NCBI GenBank assembly: GCA_977020255.1
Contig: CDROCS010001382.1
Location: forward strand, 372,001 to 436,000
Length of the DNA stretch: 64,000 nt
Reading direction: 5' to 3'
From: Obrimoposthia wandeli
Taxonomy: Eukaryota
A program made the translations under genes and the position numbers. Numbering within the stretch: the first letter of the stretch is position 1; each line of letters begins with the position of its first letter. The notes below the pieces were generated by a model that did no database searches, was not told the DNA's origin, and worked only from the letters and a program-made list of their open reading frames with translations. Below are positions 61,531 to 64,000 of this stretch, piece after piece.

Positions 61531-62708
61531 AGAACGAAGACGCATGGACGATATCCACGAAGATTTAAAAGAAAATAATTTCCTCCAATCATTATTGTTG
61601 ACTGGATTATTCATAACATGCGTCAAGAAAATCACCGAGATAATGCCGAAACTATTTCTATGTCACCCAGGAGATATAGATACTACTGGATTAAAGTTCC
61701 ACAGTATAAACCGAGTAATTACCATTGTTGAAATCGGAATCAAAATTATGAGTATATGTCAAAATACCGAAGATGATACAACACGATACATACATGCTTC
61801 GAGCCAAGAGATAACTGATGCACCAGAACATTTGACGAAGTTGACTCAAACCATTCAAGTCGAAGTCATAGAATGAAACGATGTCCTGATATATCAAAAG
61901 AAAGACACAATGTTAGCACCTACTACATGCGTAGCATTGTTGGTAGAATACCATTGTCACACACTAGAGGAAGCTATGGTAAACATCAAGCAGAATAGAC
62001 CAGACACGGAATTCAAACCGTTACTCGTTCGAGAAATATAGAAATATTCTGAAAAGAGGAAGAAACAACAAGAAGCGAATGCTAATGTAGCAATAGTATC
62101 GAGAACTCAGTATCAAAATAGTATCGAAATAGTACCTGGTTTAAAGAAATAAACGACAACATCATGCAGTATAATACATCGACACTGATGATTTTATTAG
62201 TGTTGGTAGGATTGATCGATCTTTGGCTAATTACGAAAATAATTCGACTCATAAAAAATGACACAGAAGGATTCCAGTACGTGAAAATGAAGAGACCAAC
62301 CGGTGAAGCCGAAAAAGAAACCGGGCCGGCCAAAGAAGAATGAACCAGTACCGCTTTCTCCATTAATACTTAGTCGGAGGGATTTCAATCCGGATGATCC
62401 CAATGATGACTTCGTAAAGATGTTTAAAAACATAATTTATAAAAATTAGTTTCATATGTTTTCTTGTTAATATTTATTTAAATACCATCTTTAAGTTTAT
62501 TAAAATATGAAGATGAAAAAAATATTTAATTATTCGACTGTGATTGGATTAATAAGGAATCATTTAAAATTTTTTAGGTTTAAATATAAATGCAATGATT
62601 AGTTATAGATTTATTAAACTTTCATTTGATACATAAAAATATATCATTTCATTGCTTGTGATTGGATTGAAAATGTCTTAAATTTATTAACCTCTTCATA
62701 ATTAAAAA

Positions 62709-63026
62709 ATGGAATTCATTAAATTGCAAAGCTTGGTAGCGAAGATAGAAGCAAACATCAGAATAAATGAGAAGAAAGGGGACTTAAGAAAAAGGGTCCT
62801 CAATCAAAATTTGTATGCTGCTGTCGCGACCAAGTGGAATCACCGGGTGGAGATACAAGATAGGGGGCTAGCAGAACGACATCGAATCGTGGAGTGGAAT
62901 AAGAAGATCGAATTGGAAAAAAGGAAGGTGGATGAAAAAATAAGAGAAGAGATGGATATTCGGCGAGCAGCAAGAAAAAGAATCCTCCAGATTAAACCGG
63001 AAGAGGGTCCTTCTACAAAAAGATAA
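62709..63026 (+). CDS. Hypothetical coiled-coil protein, weak SERTA-like motif
   Basis: KLQSLVAKIE...DLRKRVLNQNLY; next to a Polinton-type accessory gene. Confidence 0.4.
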   Translation: MEFIKLQSLVAKIEANIRINEKKGDLRKRVLNQNLYAAVATKWNHRVEIQDRGLAERHRIVEWNKKIELEKRKVDEKIREEMDIRRAARKRILQIKPEEGPSTKR

Positions 63027-63414
63027 ATTTTTTGAATATTATTTTGTCTTTATTGATTATGTTACAAAATTGTCTAAATATAAACAAATTTATATATAAT
63101 GTTTTTGTAAAATGGATAATAAAAATTGGAATAAATTATACATAAAATTATCTCCCGATTTAATGGAAGATTATAAAAAAAATTACTTTTCAGAAAATGA
63201 TACTGAGGAAATTGTTGGATATAAATTATGTAATTTATTTTCGAAATATTTAGGTATGTTTACATTTAATATAATTTATTTTAATATTCATAGGAGAATC
63301 GACAATATATACCATTCTTAACATGAAAGATTGAATCCTGAATACTTTGTTATTTTAATAATTTTTTTATTTTTTCGTTATAAACAACGGGATTTGCTGC
63401 AAATTTAGATAATT

Positions 63415-63903
63415 ATGCAGGAATATATCATAGATTTTGAGGCTTTCATTAACAAAAATGGTGATTATATTATAAAAGAATTATGTATTATGGATGTATG
63501 TGACGTTTTTCATCCTTTGCATTTCATATTTCAAATAGATATCCCGTTTAAAAGTTTAGATTATAAAAAAAAATTTACTAATTTATATCTAACTAATTAC
63601 TTTCATTTATTAAAATGGAAAGAAGGATATAAGGCTTTTTGTGAAATATGTATTTTCGATACAATAACATCTAATTTTGATATAGAAAATGGAATTTTTT
63701 ATGTTTTAGATGAAATGGATGGCAAAAAATATAAGACTTTAAAAAAATATTTTCCCAAATTGAGGTTGAATACTTTAAATATTTCACGTGATCATCTATT
63801 AAAAATTCCACGAAATATTTGCTGTCCATATCGTAATCATGGTGACCATTGCGCATATAAAAAATCTTTAAGTTTTTCTTATTATTACTTGACATGTAGA
63901 TAA
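63415..63903 (+). CDS. Small DEDD-exonuclease-like Polinton accessory protein (segment P4)
   Basis: IIDFEAF...IIKELCI; C-terminal CPYRNH..HCA. Homologous to the decayed copy at 13153-13640 in P1. Confidence 0.65.
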   Translation: MQEYIIDFEAFINKNGDYIIKELCIMDVCDVFHPLHFIFQIDIPFKSLDYKKKFTNLYLTNYFHLLKWKEGYKAFCEICIFDTITSNFDIENGIFYVLDEMDGKKYKTLKKYFPKLRLNTLNISRDHLLKIPRNICCPYRNHGDHCAYKKSLSFSYYYLTCR

Positions 63904-64000
63904 ACAATTCTTCTAATTGGAGAAATTCATTATTAAAATTTTACAACTAATTACAAATAAGCCTTTTGATTGGAGGAATAAACATATTTTTTTTAACCAA

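Larger units (their letters stand above)
42240..62440 (+). mobile_element. Gypsy-type retroelement B (env-IAP-PR-RT-RH-IN plus 3' accessory ORFs including DSP), interrupted by Polinton P2 and a NUMT
   Basis: Env 42340-43790; IAP-like 43772-44570; PR 44600-44912 resuming at 55679 (KGISI|DLQDP restored across the TSD); RT 56130-57760; RH 57760-58200; INT 58520-59520. No LTRs were recognised. Confidence 0.88.

Overview
This is an AT-rich eukaryotic (invertebrate animal) genomic window with one clear host gene: a spliced cohesin subunit SA/STAG gene on the minus strand, about 23.7-33.3 kb. The rest is nested, mostly decayed mobile DNA. It holds two Bel/Pao fragments, one conventional Gypsy, one 3'-truncated non-LTR retrotransposon, a Mutator-like foldback element and a nad6-nad5 NUMT. 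It also holds four segments of a Polinton/Maverick family; one of them (44913-55672) is bounded by AG...CT termini and a 6-bp TSD. Four things stand out. (1) Two related Gypsy-type elements place a chuvirus/gB-like glycoprotein directly upstream of PR-RT-RH-IN with no gag in between. (2) One of these also carries IAP (BIR-RING) and dual-specificity phosphatase genes closely resembling Polinton cargo in the same window. (3) The Polintons carry an intron-containing TBP-like gene. (4) One PolB ORF has a ubiquitin-like domain ending in LRGG upstream of its own vOTU-like protease motif. All protein assignments come from motif recognition by eye; no searches were run. Boundaries of decayed elements are approximate.
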